Shown: piece after piece, positions 16,203 to 24,835 of the stretch
Layout: each line of letters begins with the position of its first letter
How positions within the stretch are numbered: position 1 is the first letter of the stretch
IMG/VR virus record: IMGVR_UViG_3300037440_000274
Location: 1 to 26,427 of that record
Direction: 5' to 3' (one strand)
From: a virus
Lineage: Duplodnaviria > Caudoviricetes
DNA: 26,427 nucleotides
Notes under the pieces: model-generated
The model's input: the letters and a program-made list of their open reading frames with translations, nothing else
Told to the model about the DNA's origin: nothing
The model's database searches: none
Translations under genes and position numbers: made by a program

Positions 16203-16729
16203 CAGAACAGCGGCGCTTGGCCGCCCCCCTTGAGCGGGAGCATGGCGGACTCGATCATCGCCGCGCGGTCTCCAATGTCCGTCGTCACGTCGCCATACTT
16301 CTCACTCTTGGCGCCGGTGAACTTGAGGGCGATCTTGACCAGCTCCAGTTGCACGCCCTTGCGCATCGTCAGGTCAACGTCCGGCTCGTACACGACCGTT
16401 ACCAGCGGCGCCCAGCATGTCGTCAGTCGAATCAGGCGCCGCCCCTCGTGGAGCGTGTAGTCGGCTTCGACCAACTCCGTCACGTCGCCCTCATAGCTCG
16501 ATTGCTCCGACACGCTGGTGATCGTGTCCGCGTTTCGCGGAAGCCAAAGCTCCCGCCCGTGCGGAACGTCGTTCCTGCCCAGCGCGTCGTACACCAGCGT
16601 CTGCGCTCCGACCGCTCCGACGGCGCCATTGATGCGCGCCTCCGCCGCGTCCATCAGGTCTTGCAGCCGCGCGTCCGCCAGGTCGGTTTCCAGGAAGCCG
16701 CGCAGCTCGGTTGGGGTCAGCAGGGCCAT
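16202..16729 (-). CDS. Head-tail adaptor/connector protein, 175 aa
   Basis: MALLTPTELRGFL...LQDLMDAAEARIN start and SEKYGDVT motif typical of gp6/gp15-like adaptors. Confidence 0.75.
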   Translation of the reverse strand: MALLTPTELRGFLETDLADARLQDLMDAAEARINGAVGAVGAQTLVYDALGRNDVPHGRELWLPRNADTITSVSEQSSYEGDVTELVEADYTLHEGRRLIRLTTCWAPLVTVVYEPDVDLTMRKGVQLELVKIALKFTGAKSEKYGDVTTDIGDRAAMIESAMLPLKGGGQAPLF

Positions 16730-16743
16730 GGGTCACGCCGCGC

Positions 16744-17079
16744 TCAGGATGCTTCGATCACGGCGAGTTCGACGTTGGCGGCGTCGTCCAGCGTGAACGT
16801 CACGTCGCCGTTCGGATCGTTGAACAGGCTTGGGGGAAACAGGCCGATGTAGCGCGTGTTGTTCGCCGCCACGGTCACGACTCGATCCTCCACGTCCTCG
16901 CCCGCGACGTTGCGGCTGATCGCGAAAGTCAGCACCACGTCCGATGCGCCGTTGACAACCTTGAGGATCGCGCGCCCGGAGTTTCGGAACGCGAACTGGT
17001 CATCCTCTGAAGTCGTCGTATCGTTCGACAGGTTCAGGCCCGCGCGGGTCACGCGCTGGGGAATCAGGCGGTCAATCAC
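16744..17079 (-). CDS. Beta-rich virion-associated hypothetical protein, 111 aa
   Basis: GTGA coupling, AAAGGGGG RBS, FRNSG...LKVVNG...VTVAA...IGLFP pattern. Confidence 0.65.
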   Translation of the reverse strand: MIDRLIPQRVTRAGLNLSNDTTTSEDDQFAFRNSGRAILKVVNGASDVVLTFAISRNVAGEDVEDRVVTVAANNTRYIGLFPPSLFNDPNGDVTFTLDDAANVELAVIEAS

Positions 17080-17315
17080 TTGTCACCCCCTTTCTTTTCG
17101 GACTTGTTCGAGGAAGGCTTCGCGGCCTTGTTCTCCGGGGCGGGCGCGGCCTTGACCTCCACGCCCGGAAGCGCGCCATCTTGCAGGCCCATGGCCTCGC
17201 CCTCGTCGTCGGGAATGTCGTGTCCGGGCGGGCCAACGTATACGCGCCCCGCCGGATCGCCGGGAAGGACGGCCTTGCCGCCGATGGTTTTCCACACGCC
17301 ATGCTTGAGCTTCAT
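17076..17315 (-). CDS. Small head-module protein, 79 aa (MKLKHGVW...APENK...)
   Basis: GAGG RBS and ATGA overlap. K/A/P-rich tail of the kind often seen in small post-capsid genes. Confidence 0.65.
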   Translation of the reverse strand: MKLKHGVWKTIGGKAVLPGDPAGRVYVGPPGHDIPDDEGEAMGLQDGALPGVEVKAAPAPENKAAKPSSNKSEKKGGDK

Positions 17316-17488
17316 GCCGGTTCCTCGGTCGGATAGAATCGCTGGCCCCATGCGGAGCCGTCGAAGATGAACTCGTGCCCGGTGTCGCGCTCGATGAACG
17401 TCGAGCCCGCAGGCACGTCGGTTGTCGGCTTGCTGTCGCTGGCCAATCCAACATACGCGTGCGGCGTTGCGATGCGCGAGGCGGTCAT
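17312..17488 (-). CDS. 58-aa virion-type protein (MTASRIATPHAYVGLASDSKPTTDVPAGSTFIERDTGHEFIFDGSAW...), not in the ORF track
   Basis: Translated by hand. AGGAG RBS, stop overlaps the next ATG, and a GL.SD.KP...GS.F.E.DTG..F.FDG..W fibre-type module. Confidence 0.75.
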   Translation of the reverse strand: MTASRIATPHAYVGLASDSKPTTDVPAGSTFIERDTGHEFIFDGSAWGQRFYPTEEPA

Positions 17489-17499
17489 GGGTTGCGCTC

Positions 17500-18330
17500 C
17501 TAGCTGTCGTCAACCGGCTGCGCGACGCTCAGCCCGGCGAGGGTGTGGTTGCCGATGAAGCGGACGGTCGAGGCCACGCGCAGCTTGCCCGCGACGAGCG
17601 TGTTGCTCTCCGATGCGAAGCGACAGGCGGTGACCATGCCGGTCGTGTTGGTCTCGCCAACGTCAATGAAGAAGTTCGCGGGATCGTCTCCGTTTTCCAG
17701 CACGCCGAACGTGCAATTCTCCACCAGCAGTCCGGTCTGGAATACGGGGGCGTACAGGCCGCGTTCGGCGCAGTAATAGAAGTAGCAGTCCTTGAACACC
17801 GTCTGCGAGATCGGATCGGCGCCACCGCTCCCGGTCAGGCGCGCCCCGGTCGTGGCGGACGCGAAGATGCAGTCAATGAACCGCGTGTCCACGTGCTGGA
17901 ACGCGGACTCGGGGTCCATCAGGAGTCCGTTGGCGCCGCCGGCCATGCGACACCCGGCGACGACGATGCGCCGCGTGTTGCCTGTGATCTTGAGGCCGGA
18001 GCCGGTGCCGCGCCCGCTCATGTTGAGGTTGATGAGGGTGATGTCGGACGCGCCGTTGATCGTGACCCCGCTTCCGTTCGGTGCCAGGCCAGTGATGCGC
18101 ACGGTTCCGCGCGCGCCCACTCCCACGATGTTGATCCCCGACTTGGTGCTTGGGATCACGATATCCTCGTCGTACTCGCCCCGCTGGAGGTACACGGTGT
18201 CGCCCGGCTGGGCCGCGTCAATCGCGGCTTGCGCGGTTCCCGCCACGTCCGCCACACGGCGTCGCCCGAACGGGTCCACCGGGCGCGGGACTCCGTCAAC
18301 GACGATCACTCCACCCTGGATCAGAGACAT
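17500..18330 (-). CDS. Right-handed beta-helix (pectin lyase-like) protein, 276 aa
   Basis: QAAIDAAQPGDTVYLQRGEYDEDIVI cap motif followed by repeated strands (FIDCIF, FKDCYF, VENCTF, VTACRF). GAGGTAGG RBS. Confidence 0.8.
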   Translation of the reverse strand: MSLIQGGVIVVDGVPRPVDPFGRRRVADVAGTAQAAIDAAQPGDTVYLQRGEYDEDIVIPSTKSGINIVGVGARGTVRITGLAPNGSGVTINGASDITLINLNMSGRGTGSGLKITGNTRRIVVAGCRMAGGANGLLMDPESAFQHVDTRFIDCIFASATTGARLTGSGGADPISQTVFKDCYFYYCAERGLYAPVFQTGLLVENCTFGVLENGDDPANFFIDVGETNTTGMVTACRFASESNTLVAGKLRVASTVRFIGNHTLAGLSVAQPVDDS

Positions 18331-18341
18331 GTCCTACCTCG

Positions 18342-18509
18342 CTAAGCCTTGGCCGCCGCGCCTTGCGGCGCCTTGGCTTGTGGAGAGTTCGCGCCGTACA
18401 CGTTGGCGCGCCAGAGCGCGGACGGCGAGGGTGCATCGCAGGCGGCGCACACGAGCGCCCCGTCTTTGAGCACATACGCCGCATGCTTGCAGTTGTCTTT
18501 GCCAGCCAT
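18342..18509 (-). CDS. Small Cys-containing protein, 55 aa (MAGKDNCKH...CAAC...)
   Basis: ATG 2 nt after the capsid stop and fills the gap exactly. CxH and CxxC motifs. Confidence 0.6.
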   Translation of the reverse strand: MAGKDNCKHAAYVLKDGALVCAACDAPSPSALWRANVYGANSPQAKAPQGAAAKA

Positions 18510-18511
18510 GG

Positions 18512-19834
18512 TTACAGCCCCGTCACGGTGCAGAAGGCCGCGCCGCGGAATCCGACCAGCGACCAGCGCGTGTCGGCCCGGATCGTGCGCTTGCCTTCCT
18601 TGAACTGGTCTCCGACGTATCCGATGTCCACGGTGATGCCGCGCCGCTCGAAAAGCGAAATCCAGGCGGGCATGAACGATCCGACGACGGCGGTTCCGGC
18701 GGTATCCGCGTCTTGCTCCACCACGGGCAGGCCCCAGATGCGAGCCGGACCCGCCTCGCTGGGGTGGCCCCAGATGTACAGGCCGTCCACGGTGCGCAGC
18801 AGGCGGATGTTCTGCCAGTCTGTGGAGTGGATCACCACATGCGTCGGGATCGCGCGGCCCGTGACGCGCACCAGCGTCATGGCCTTCATAATCGCGTCCG
18901 GCACCGGATCGCCGCCCTTGGCCTGGGTCTGAATCCCGGTGAACGCCTTGATCCCGCGCAGGTTGGGCGGCGTGTTGTTTCCCAGCAAGCATTGCAGGTC
19001 GAGACGCTGGCGGAGCCCGAAAGTCAGGCGGCTTTGCAGGTAGGAGCTGACCATCGCCACGTCCTCCAGTTGCTCGTCGGTGACGGGCACGGAGTCCGTG
19101 ATCTTCTCCACCGCCTGCGTGCGCTCGGTGAGCTGGAAGGTGGATTCCGCGAACGCCACACCTTCCGCCTTCTCGGCCGCGGCGTGCGTCCGCGTGGTCT
19201 CCTCCATGTACTTGATCGCCTCCTGGCCCGTGCGCGACACGGGGATGATATCCAGGAGTTGCACCGGGCGCGTCACGGCCTCGACAAATCCCGGCAGGCG
19301 CACGGACTCCGGCGCCCATCCGGCAGTCGTCTCGAACAGGGTCTTCATGCCGATGGTGTTGGGCGCACCCCCCTGAGCCAGGTAATCCGACGGAAAGAAG
19401 TCCTCGAACTTGATGCTCAGACCACCCTTGGCGCCGCGCTCGTGCCACGCCTTGAACAGCGCGTGCTCTTCGACTTGCTGCGCGATGGACTTGCGCTCGT
19501 GGCCGCGTCCGCCCTTGCCTCCGGGTTGGTCCACCGCGCCGGGGAGTGGGGGCCGGTTGCGCGACTGCGACAGCATGTCGTGCGCCTTCTGCGCGTCCAT
19601 CAGGGATTCGCGCTCCTTGCCGGCGGCGGACATCTCCGCGTTCTTGCGTCCGATGTAGTCCGCGATCTGCGCGGGCGTCTTTCCTTTGACCTCGGGATTG
19701 ACAGACTTCTCCGACGCGAGGCGGAACTCCATCCCGCCGTCGGCATTCTTCGCCGCATCAAAGATCGCCCCGACCTCGTTCTGAATCGAGATCAGCTTCT
19801 CGTCTGCGGCTTTCAGTTCGGTGATGGTGGGCAT
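18512..19834 (-). CDS. Major capsid protein, HK97 family, 440 aa
   Basis: N-terminal coiled-coil delta-like domain. AEGVAFAES, GNNTPPNLRGI, DGLYIWG and IWGLPVV motifs. Confidence 0.95.
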   Translation of the reverse strand: MPTITELKAADEKLISIQNEVGAIFDAAKNADGGMEFRLASEKSVNPEVKGKTPAQIADYIGRKNAEMSAAGKERESLMDAQKAHDMLSQSRNRPPLPGAVDQPGGKGGRGHERKSIAQQVEEHALFKAWHERGAKGGLSIKFEDFFPSDYLAQGGAPNTIGMKTLFETTAGWAPESVRLPGFVEAVTRPVQLLDIIPVSRTGQEAIKYMEETTRTHAAAEKAEGVAFAESTFQLTERTQAVEKITDSVPVTDEQLEDVAMVSSYLQSRLTFGLRQRLDLQCLLGNNTPPNLRGIKAFTGIQTQAKGGDPVPDAIMKAMTLVRVTGRAIPTHVVIHSTDWQNIRLLRTVDGLYIWGHPSEAGPARIWGLPVVEQDADTAGTAVVGSFMPAWISLFERRGITVDIGYVGDQFKEGKRTIRADTRWSLVGFRGAAFCTVTGL

Positions 19835-20001
19835 GGCGCCTCGGGATGCATGGGTTGCATCCGCGTTGACCAGGCGCCTGCGCCAAGTGCTGCGGAATGT
19901 GGTGCTTCTTACTTCACATCGTCAGTTCCGTCGCGCGGGTCACGACCCGCTCAATGCAACTCGTCACGGCGAGGATTGCACGAGGCAATCCAGTCTGTCA
20001 A
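19835..20001 (-). promoter_or_regulatory. Structured intergenic leader of the capsid gene, with a possible internal promoter
   Basis: 163-bp non-coding gap with several 5-7 bp stems. TTGACA (20001-19996) overlaps the protease stop, but the -10 match is poor. Confidence 0.5.
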
Positions 20002-20756
20002 GGGCTCGCCACGATGCGCCGCGCACGGCGATGAATGTCTTGCTGGCGCGTGTGCATGAAGTCCGCCAGCGCGCGCTCCGCCGCTGCGTCCGGCTCAGAT
20101 TTGACCGCCTCGTTCGCCGCCGCTTCGCACAGTTTGAGAAACGCGCCGATCTCTTGCGACAGCGCTTTGAGTTGCGCCACGCGCTCCGGGCTCAGCTTGC
20201 GGCCTTCTTCCGAGCGCAACTCCTTCAACTGTTCAGCGCGTCGGATCACGTCGCGCACGTCCGCGGTCACGGCCTCGATCTGCTCCGCGAACTGGCGGCC
20301 CTTCATCGCCAGCGTGCGCGTGCCCTCGCCCGCGCCGCGCAGCACCGGGCTTATCTCGTACACCTTGAGCGCCTTGAGGAACCGCACTTGACGCCCCTCG
20401 TGCTGGCCCTGGCTGCTGTCCAGGATGGAGAAGCCATAGCTCCACTCTTGCAGATTCGCGCCGGATTTGAGGTCGAATTTGAGCGCGGCGTGCCAGTCCT
20501 TCGCCGCCGCGACGCCCATGTTCAGGCGGAAATCCGCGAGCACGTCGTTACCGACCTCGCGGATGCGCGTGTTGCCGATGGGCACGTGTTGCCAGTCGTG
20601 GCCGGGAATCACCTGCGCAACCTGCGCGCCGAACGCGCCGGGCAGCGTCACGTCGTCGTCCTTGTCCACGACGTTCAGCGTGGCGATCACGGCGGAGCCC
20701 TCTCCGGCATCGGAAAGTTCCTTGACCCGCGCTGAGATCGGCTTGTAGTGAATCAT
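19998..20756 (-). CDS. Prohead maturation protease (HK97 gp4/U35 family), 252 aa
   Basis: VDKDDDVTLPGAF, GHDW (His), EWSYGF (Ser) and YEISPV motifs. Confidence 0.92.
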   Translation of the reverse strand: MIHYKPISARVKELSDAGEGSAVIATLNVVDKDDDVTLPGAFGAQVAQVIPGHDWQHVPIGNTRIREVGNDVLADFRLNMGVAAAKDWHAALKFDLKSGANLQEWSYGFSILDSSQGQHEGRQVRFLKALKVYEISPVLRGAGEGTRTLAMKGRQFAEQIEAVTADVRDVIRRAEQLKELRSEEGRKLSPERVAQLKALSQEIGAFLKLCEAAANEAVKSEPDAAAERALADFMHTRQQDIHRRARRIVASP

Positions 20757-20875
20757 AGCGGCTTGCGCATTGTGCGCGGCCAGCGCGGGCGGTTGTCAAG
20801 CCACGCGGCTCCGATGGTCAGCAGCACGCCGATGGAGACTCCCAGTAGGAGCGCGAATAGCGTGTTGGGGTCCAT
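20753..20875 (-). CDS. 40-aa single-TM peptide (MDPNTLFALLLGVSIGVLLTIGAAWLDNRPRWPRTMRKPL), not in the ORF track
   Basis: Translated by hand. TAATG overlap upstream and ATGA overlap with the protease start. Confidence 0.65.
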   Translation of the reverse strand: MDPNTLFALLLGVSIGVLLTIGAAWLDNRPRWPRTMRKPL

Positions 20876-21087
20876 TAGGATTCGCCTGGCCGCGCGAACG
20901 GGATGCTGTACGGGCGGATCACGCCGTCGTCTCCGAATACGACGGGCTCCCAGCGCAGCAGATTGATGCCCCCGCCGCGGATTACCGCGTTGAACAGGGC
21001 GAGGGACATGATCTCCATGTACGGGCCGTCCGCCGTCTTCATCACGCCGTCCGGCTCCCCGATCACCCTGAATCCGTACGTAGTCAT
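20875..21087 (-). CDS. Hypothetical protein, 70 aa (MTTYGFRVIG...)
   Basis: ATG 1 nt after the portal-MuF stop, GAGG RBS. Confidence 0.6.
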   Translation of the reverse strand: MTTYGFRVIGEPDGVMKTADGPYMEIMSLALFNAVIRGGGINLLRWEPVVFGDDGVIRPYSIPFARPGES

Positions 21088-21088
21088 T

Positions 21089-23224
21089 TCAGAACCTCGG
21101 GACAAAAGACCGCGTTCCGTTCGGATGCTCGTCTTCGGCCAGCCCTTCAACATCTTCGCCGCGAACGATGCTTTGATCCATTGCTATACAGAAATCATCC
21201 GACGTTGGCAAGCGCCCGTCGAACACGATGAACTCATTCGCCCCCGCCGCCCGCCCCTCGTGCAACACGGAGACGTTCTGCGCGAACTTAGTTTCCGTCC
21301 GCGCGATCACCAGCGATCGTATCTCCGGCGTGGACCACGGCCCGCGCTCCACGCCGGAGACGATGCGCTTTGCGAGCGCCGCCGCGCCCTCGCCCTCCGC
21401 GCGGCCTTCGACGATTGCGCGGAAAATCGCATCCGTCGTCTGCCGATCCAGGTCAATCAGCCCGGCGCGCCGCCCGCCCGTGATGATGATCGCGCGCGCC
21501 ACGGGATCGGGCAACCCTGTCGCAATCCCCAGGTCGAATCCTGCGGCGCGCAACGCAGTTGCGACCTCTTGTGCGGCGGTCAGGTAGTGCGCCTCCAGCA
21601 GCGGCGCCAGCGTCGGCATGGAACCTGATTCGCGCGCCGCTGCGGCGATGCGTCCGGCGATCACCGCGTCCTCGCCGACCTGCTTGAGCCCGCTGTCCTC
21701 CAGCACTTCCGTCGCTACGCGGGCGATCCAGGCGCCAAGCTCCGCGCGGAAGAACTTCGCCAAGCGCGGCGTGAGCGCGTTGGACAGCGCCACGAGTTGC
21801 GCGTCCATCATGCGCATGACGCGCACCTGCGCCAGCGTTGGCCGCGCGCGCGTCGCCCGCTCCGCCACCAGTTGCTCGCGCAGCGTCTCGTTCTCTTTGC
21901 GCTCCGGCGGGGGCAAGCCGCGTTGCTCTGCGGGCTCTTGCTCCAAGCGCGGAGATGGCGCCTGCCCGCGCGGCTCGGGGATGATTGCGATGCTGCGCAG
22001 GTACACGTCGTCGGTATCCAGCGTGTCAATGCCGATCTGCCGCTGCGCCTCTGCGACGGTGATGAAGCCGGCCAGGACGCCGCGCGCCATGCGCTCCACG
22101 ATCATCCCGCGATCCTCTTGCAGGGCCGCAACCTCGCTGGTATCGAACCGCACGCGCAGGCGGCCTTGGCCGGAGCCGCGAAACAGCGGGAGTAGCGAGC
22201 GCTGGATTTCAGCCGCCATGGAGGATTGTCGCGGCACGATGCCTTTCTGCCACGCCTGCTTTTCCAGTTCCTTCATGGTGGCGCCGACCTTGGTCTGCTC
22301 AAGGCCAGCGCTGAATCCGATCACGGCGGCGGGCACGCCGATCAACGCGCAGACCCGCTCTTCCGGCAGGTCGCGGATTGCGGATAGGTCCATCTCGTTG
22401 GGGGAGAAGGCGAGACGGTCAACGGTCACGGCGCGCGACGAGACAAAAGGCTTGCCGCGCCGCTCGCCGCCGGTCATGCTGATGAACCTTTCCGCCAGCG
22501 TTTTTCCTTGCTCAGGCTGAACCCCCTCGCCGTCCTTGGGGCTGATTATCACGCCGGGGATGCAGCCATTGCGCAGCAGGCTGGCGACGACGGTACACGC
22601 CTCCATGTCAATCCAGATTTCGCGCAGCGCCGCGCGGATCGGAGACAGCCCCTTGCGCGTGTTGCGCGGGTCAATGCCTTCGCGGAAATGCACAACGTCC
22701 TCCGGCTCCAGGCGCACCTGCGCGCGGCCACCGGGGCTGTACTCGTAATGGCTGATGAACTCCGACCCGTCGTCCGGCCAGCGCGGCTCCATCATCCAAT
22801 GCGGAACATACCAGAGCTCCGACGGGCCGATGCCCGAGCGTACGACGATCCAGTAGGCGTTGCCCGCGACGATGAGGCTGTACATCGTCGCCTGCAAAAG
22901 CTGATCTCCGGTGTAGCCCGGATTGGGGCGTTCCAGCAGCGCGCGCAGCGGGTGCGGCGTCGCGCTCCACTCGCCCTCGCCTTTCTCGCGCTCGATCACG
23001 AGCGGCGCTTCGGGCAGGACGCGCTGAATCCACTGGACGCAAGCCATGACGACGGATGCGTCAGTCGCGTCCCCAACTTTTCGAGCGTAGTCGAACGAGT
23101 CTCCGGCGACGAGGCGATCAAAGCCGGCGCCCGCAAATCCGCCCAGGAAGCGCATTCCTTCCATCGGATGCGCCATTACGTCCAGCTTTTTTTCCTCGCG
23201 CGCGCCCCAAGGCCAAAGCTTCAT
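21089..23224 (-). CDS. Portal protein (HK97 family) fused to a C-terminal MuF/SPP1 gp7-like head morphogenesis domain, about 711 aa
   Basis: Portal motifs LLERPNP, GNAYW, EDVVHFR, GLSPI and NGCIPGVII. MuF motifs RSLVIARTET and EHPNGTR. One uninterrupted ORF. ATGA overlap with terL (alternative start 23236). Confidence 0.9.
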   Translation of the reverse strand: MKLWPWGAREEKKLDVMAHPMEGMRFLGGFAGAGFDRLVAGDSFDYARKVGDATDASVVMACVQWIQRVLPEAPLVIEREKGEGEWSATPHPLRALLERPNPGYTGDQLLQATMYSLIVAGNAYWIVVRSGIGPSELWYVPHWMMEPRWPDDGSEFISHYEYSPGGRAQVRLEPEDVVHFREGIDPRNTRKGLSPIRAALREIWIDMEACTVVASLLRNGCIPGVIISPKDGEGVQPEQGKTLAERFISMTGGERRGKPFVSSRAVTVDRLAFSPNEMDLSAIRDLPEERVCALIGVPAAVIGFSAGLEQTKVGATMKELEKQAWQKGIVPRQSSMAAEIQRSLLPLFRGSGQGRLRVRFDTSEVAALQEDRGMIVERMARGVLAGFITVAEAQRQIGIDTLDTDDVYLRSIAIIPEPRGQAPSPRLEQEPAEQRGLPPPERKENETLREQLVAERATRARPTLAQVRVMRMMDAQLVALSNALTPRLAKFFRAELGAWIARVATEVLEDSGLKQVGEDAVIAGRIAAAARESGSMPTLAPLLEAHYLTAAQEVATALRAAGFDLGIATGLPDPVARAIIITGGRRAGLIDLDRQTTDAIFRAIVEGRAEGEGAAALAKRIVSGVERGPWSTPEIRSLVIARTETKFAQNVSVLHEGRAAGANEFIVFDGRLPTSDDFCIAMDQSIVRGEDVEGLAEDEHPNGTRSFVPRF

Positions 23225-24474
23225 TCGATCACCCATTCCACCCGCCTGCGTATCATCGGAGCGGCGCCGTATCGCACCGCATCCCAGCAGTGGTCGTTGC
23301 CCTCTTTGAGCACGGGTAGCACGTTATTGGTGAGTCTGTCCACCTTGTACGACCAGTGCTTCGCCTCATGGATCGCGCGCACACACCGCGGGTGGATCAC
23401 GATGCGCGGGCGCGAGCGCAGCCATGTCACGCCGTCCTCAACCGAGCCCGGCCATTTCGGAGCGGATTGGAAAGGCCAGCCTTCGCGGCGCATGTGTGAC
23501 GCCATCTCCGGGCGCGCGTTGTCGGAGCGTGTGACGTGTAGCCGCGCATCGGGCACTGCGGCGGCCATGCGCATGGGCATGTCTACGGTGTCGCAGCCGA
23601 CCTCCCAATACTCGTGCTCGATCATCAGCTCGCCGCCCGGCGTCAGCCAGAAGCGCACCAGCGTTGTGGGGTCGGGATGGAAGCCCCAATCGCAGCCCTG
23701 GTAGGGGCCATCCCAGGCGCCCTCGCCTTCCGTGATCGGGTCGAACTCGGCAACGCTCCACTTGCCGGAAAGCACCTGCGCATCCGAGCGCGTCAGGTAC
23801 GCGCCGCCCCAAACGTGCTCCGCTGTCTCGGGGTCCACGCGGTAGTCGTACTCCATCTCCGCGCGCAGCACGTCCGGGAACCATGGATTGTCGCGCCAGC
23901 TCACCGGGACGCAAACGCTGTCTGGAGGCGGCTCTGCGCCACGGAACAGCTTGTCAACCGGATCGTCCGGGCTGCGCGGATTCCACGGAAACCATAGCTC
24001 CGACCCCTCCATGCGGATCGTCGGGCGCAGCAGTTCCAGCGAGCGCGCACTGAGCGCCTGCGACTCCTCAATCAGCGCGACGTGGAATCCCTCAAGGCTC
24101 TTGATGGATTCAGCGGTGTGATTTTGCATCCCCTGGAAGATCACCAGCCCGTCGCCCGGCGTGCGAATCTCCGCGTCCATGCAGCCGAATTGCGAGCCCA
24201 CGCCCCGCGCTTGAATCTTGTCCTCAAGCAGCCGCTTGACAGACTCTTTGAGCGTGCGCTGAACCTCACGGATGCAAACCGCGCGCAGCCCCGGTTGCAG
24301 CAGCGCGCGCATGATTAGCATCTCGCCGAAAGCGTGACTCTTGGCGCTTCCACGCCCGCCGTATGCGCCTTTGTAGCGCGAGGGCTTGAGCAGGGGCGAG
24401 AATGCGCGCGGAATCTGGAATCGAGGAAACCCTTGCGGGGCGCCGCTGGCGGGTTTGCGGGCTGCGGCGCGCAT
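23221..24474 (-). CDS. terL: Terminase large subunit, PBSX/Terminase_3 type, 417 aa
   Basis: RYKGAYGGRGSAKSH Walker A, IKSLEG, LIEES Walker B, LRPTIR, WNP, GCDWG and NDHCWDAVRY. Confidence 0.97.
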   Translation of the reverse strand: MRAAARKPASGAPQGFPRFQIPRAFSPLLKPSRYKGAYGGRGSAKSHAFGEMLIMRALLQPGLRAVCIREVQRTLKESVKRLLEDKIQARGVGSQFGCMDAEIRTPGDGLVIFQGMQNHTAESIKSLEGFHVALIEESQALSARSLELLRPTIRMEGSELWFPWNPRSPDDPVDKLFRGAEPPPDSVCVPVSWRDNPWFPDVLRAEMEYDYRVDPETAEHVWGGAYLTRSDAQVLSGKWSVAEFDPITEGEGAWDGPYQGCDWGFHPDPTTLVRFWLTPGGELMIEHEYWEVGCDTVDMPMRMAAAVPDARLHVTRSDNARPEMASHMRREGWPFQSAPKWPGSVEDGVTWLRSRPRIVIHPRCVRAIHEAKHWSYKVDRLTNNVLPVLKEGNDHCWDAVRYGAAPMIRRRVEWVIE

Positions 24475-24475
24475 A

Positions 24476-24703
24476 TCAGTCTTGCGTGGCGGGCGACGGC
24501 TCTGGCGGCGGCGTTGCGGTCGGGCCGTTGGGAAGCCCGGCCCAATGCGTCACGGCGGGAGCGGGCTTGCCGGCATCGCACTCCCAGAACATTCCGCGCG
24601 AGGCGTGATTGAGGCGCGCAATCGCCAACGCATCGCCCGCGCACCACACCAGCACGCGCACGCCTGGATCGGGCAGGCTGTCGGAGACGCTATACCAGGT
24701 CAT
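24476..24703 (-). CDS. DUF551-like protein, 75 aa
   Basis: W.SVSDSLP...VLV...VTHW..LP..P signature. Confidence 0.75.
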   Translation of the reverse strand: MTWYSVSDSLPDPGVRVLVWCAGDALAIARLNHASRGMFWECDAGKPAPAVTHWAGLPNGPTATPPPEPSPATQD

Positions 24704-24833
24704 GCGCGGCCTCATGCGCGGTGGTGGTCCGCTTGCGCTTCTCGACCCGCCATTTGCGGCGGTCTGCGCGGCGTTGGTTGGATTGCGCAGCGCGACGATG
24801 GGCGCGGTTTTGCGGGGTGATTGATTGCAGCAC
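24690..24833 (-). CDS. Arg-rich 47-aa peptide (MLQSITPQNRAHRRAAQSNQRRADRRKWRVEKRKRTTTAHEAAHDLV), not in the ORF track
   Basis: Translated by hand. GTG lies 7 nt after AAAGGAGG, and the ORF fills the terS-DUF551 gap. Confidence 0.5.
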   Translation of the reverse strand: MLQSITPQNRAHRRAAQSNQRRADRRKWRVEKRKRTTTAHEAAHDLV

Positions 24834-24835
24834 GA

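Noticed and set aside
18342-19448. -1 frameshift extension of the capsid into the downstream small gene
   Set aside because: No XXXYYYZ slippery site was found near the capsid 3' end, the small gene has its own ATG, and long open alternative frames are common at this GC content.
19893-19930. Hammerhead ribozyme (CUGACGA on the - strand)
   Set aside because: No GAAA follows the candidate stem II and no stem III/cleavage triplet geometry is evident.
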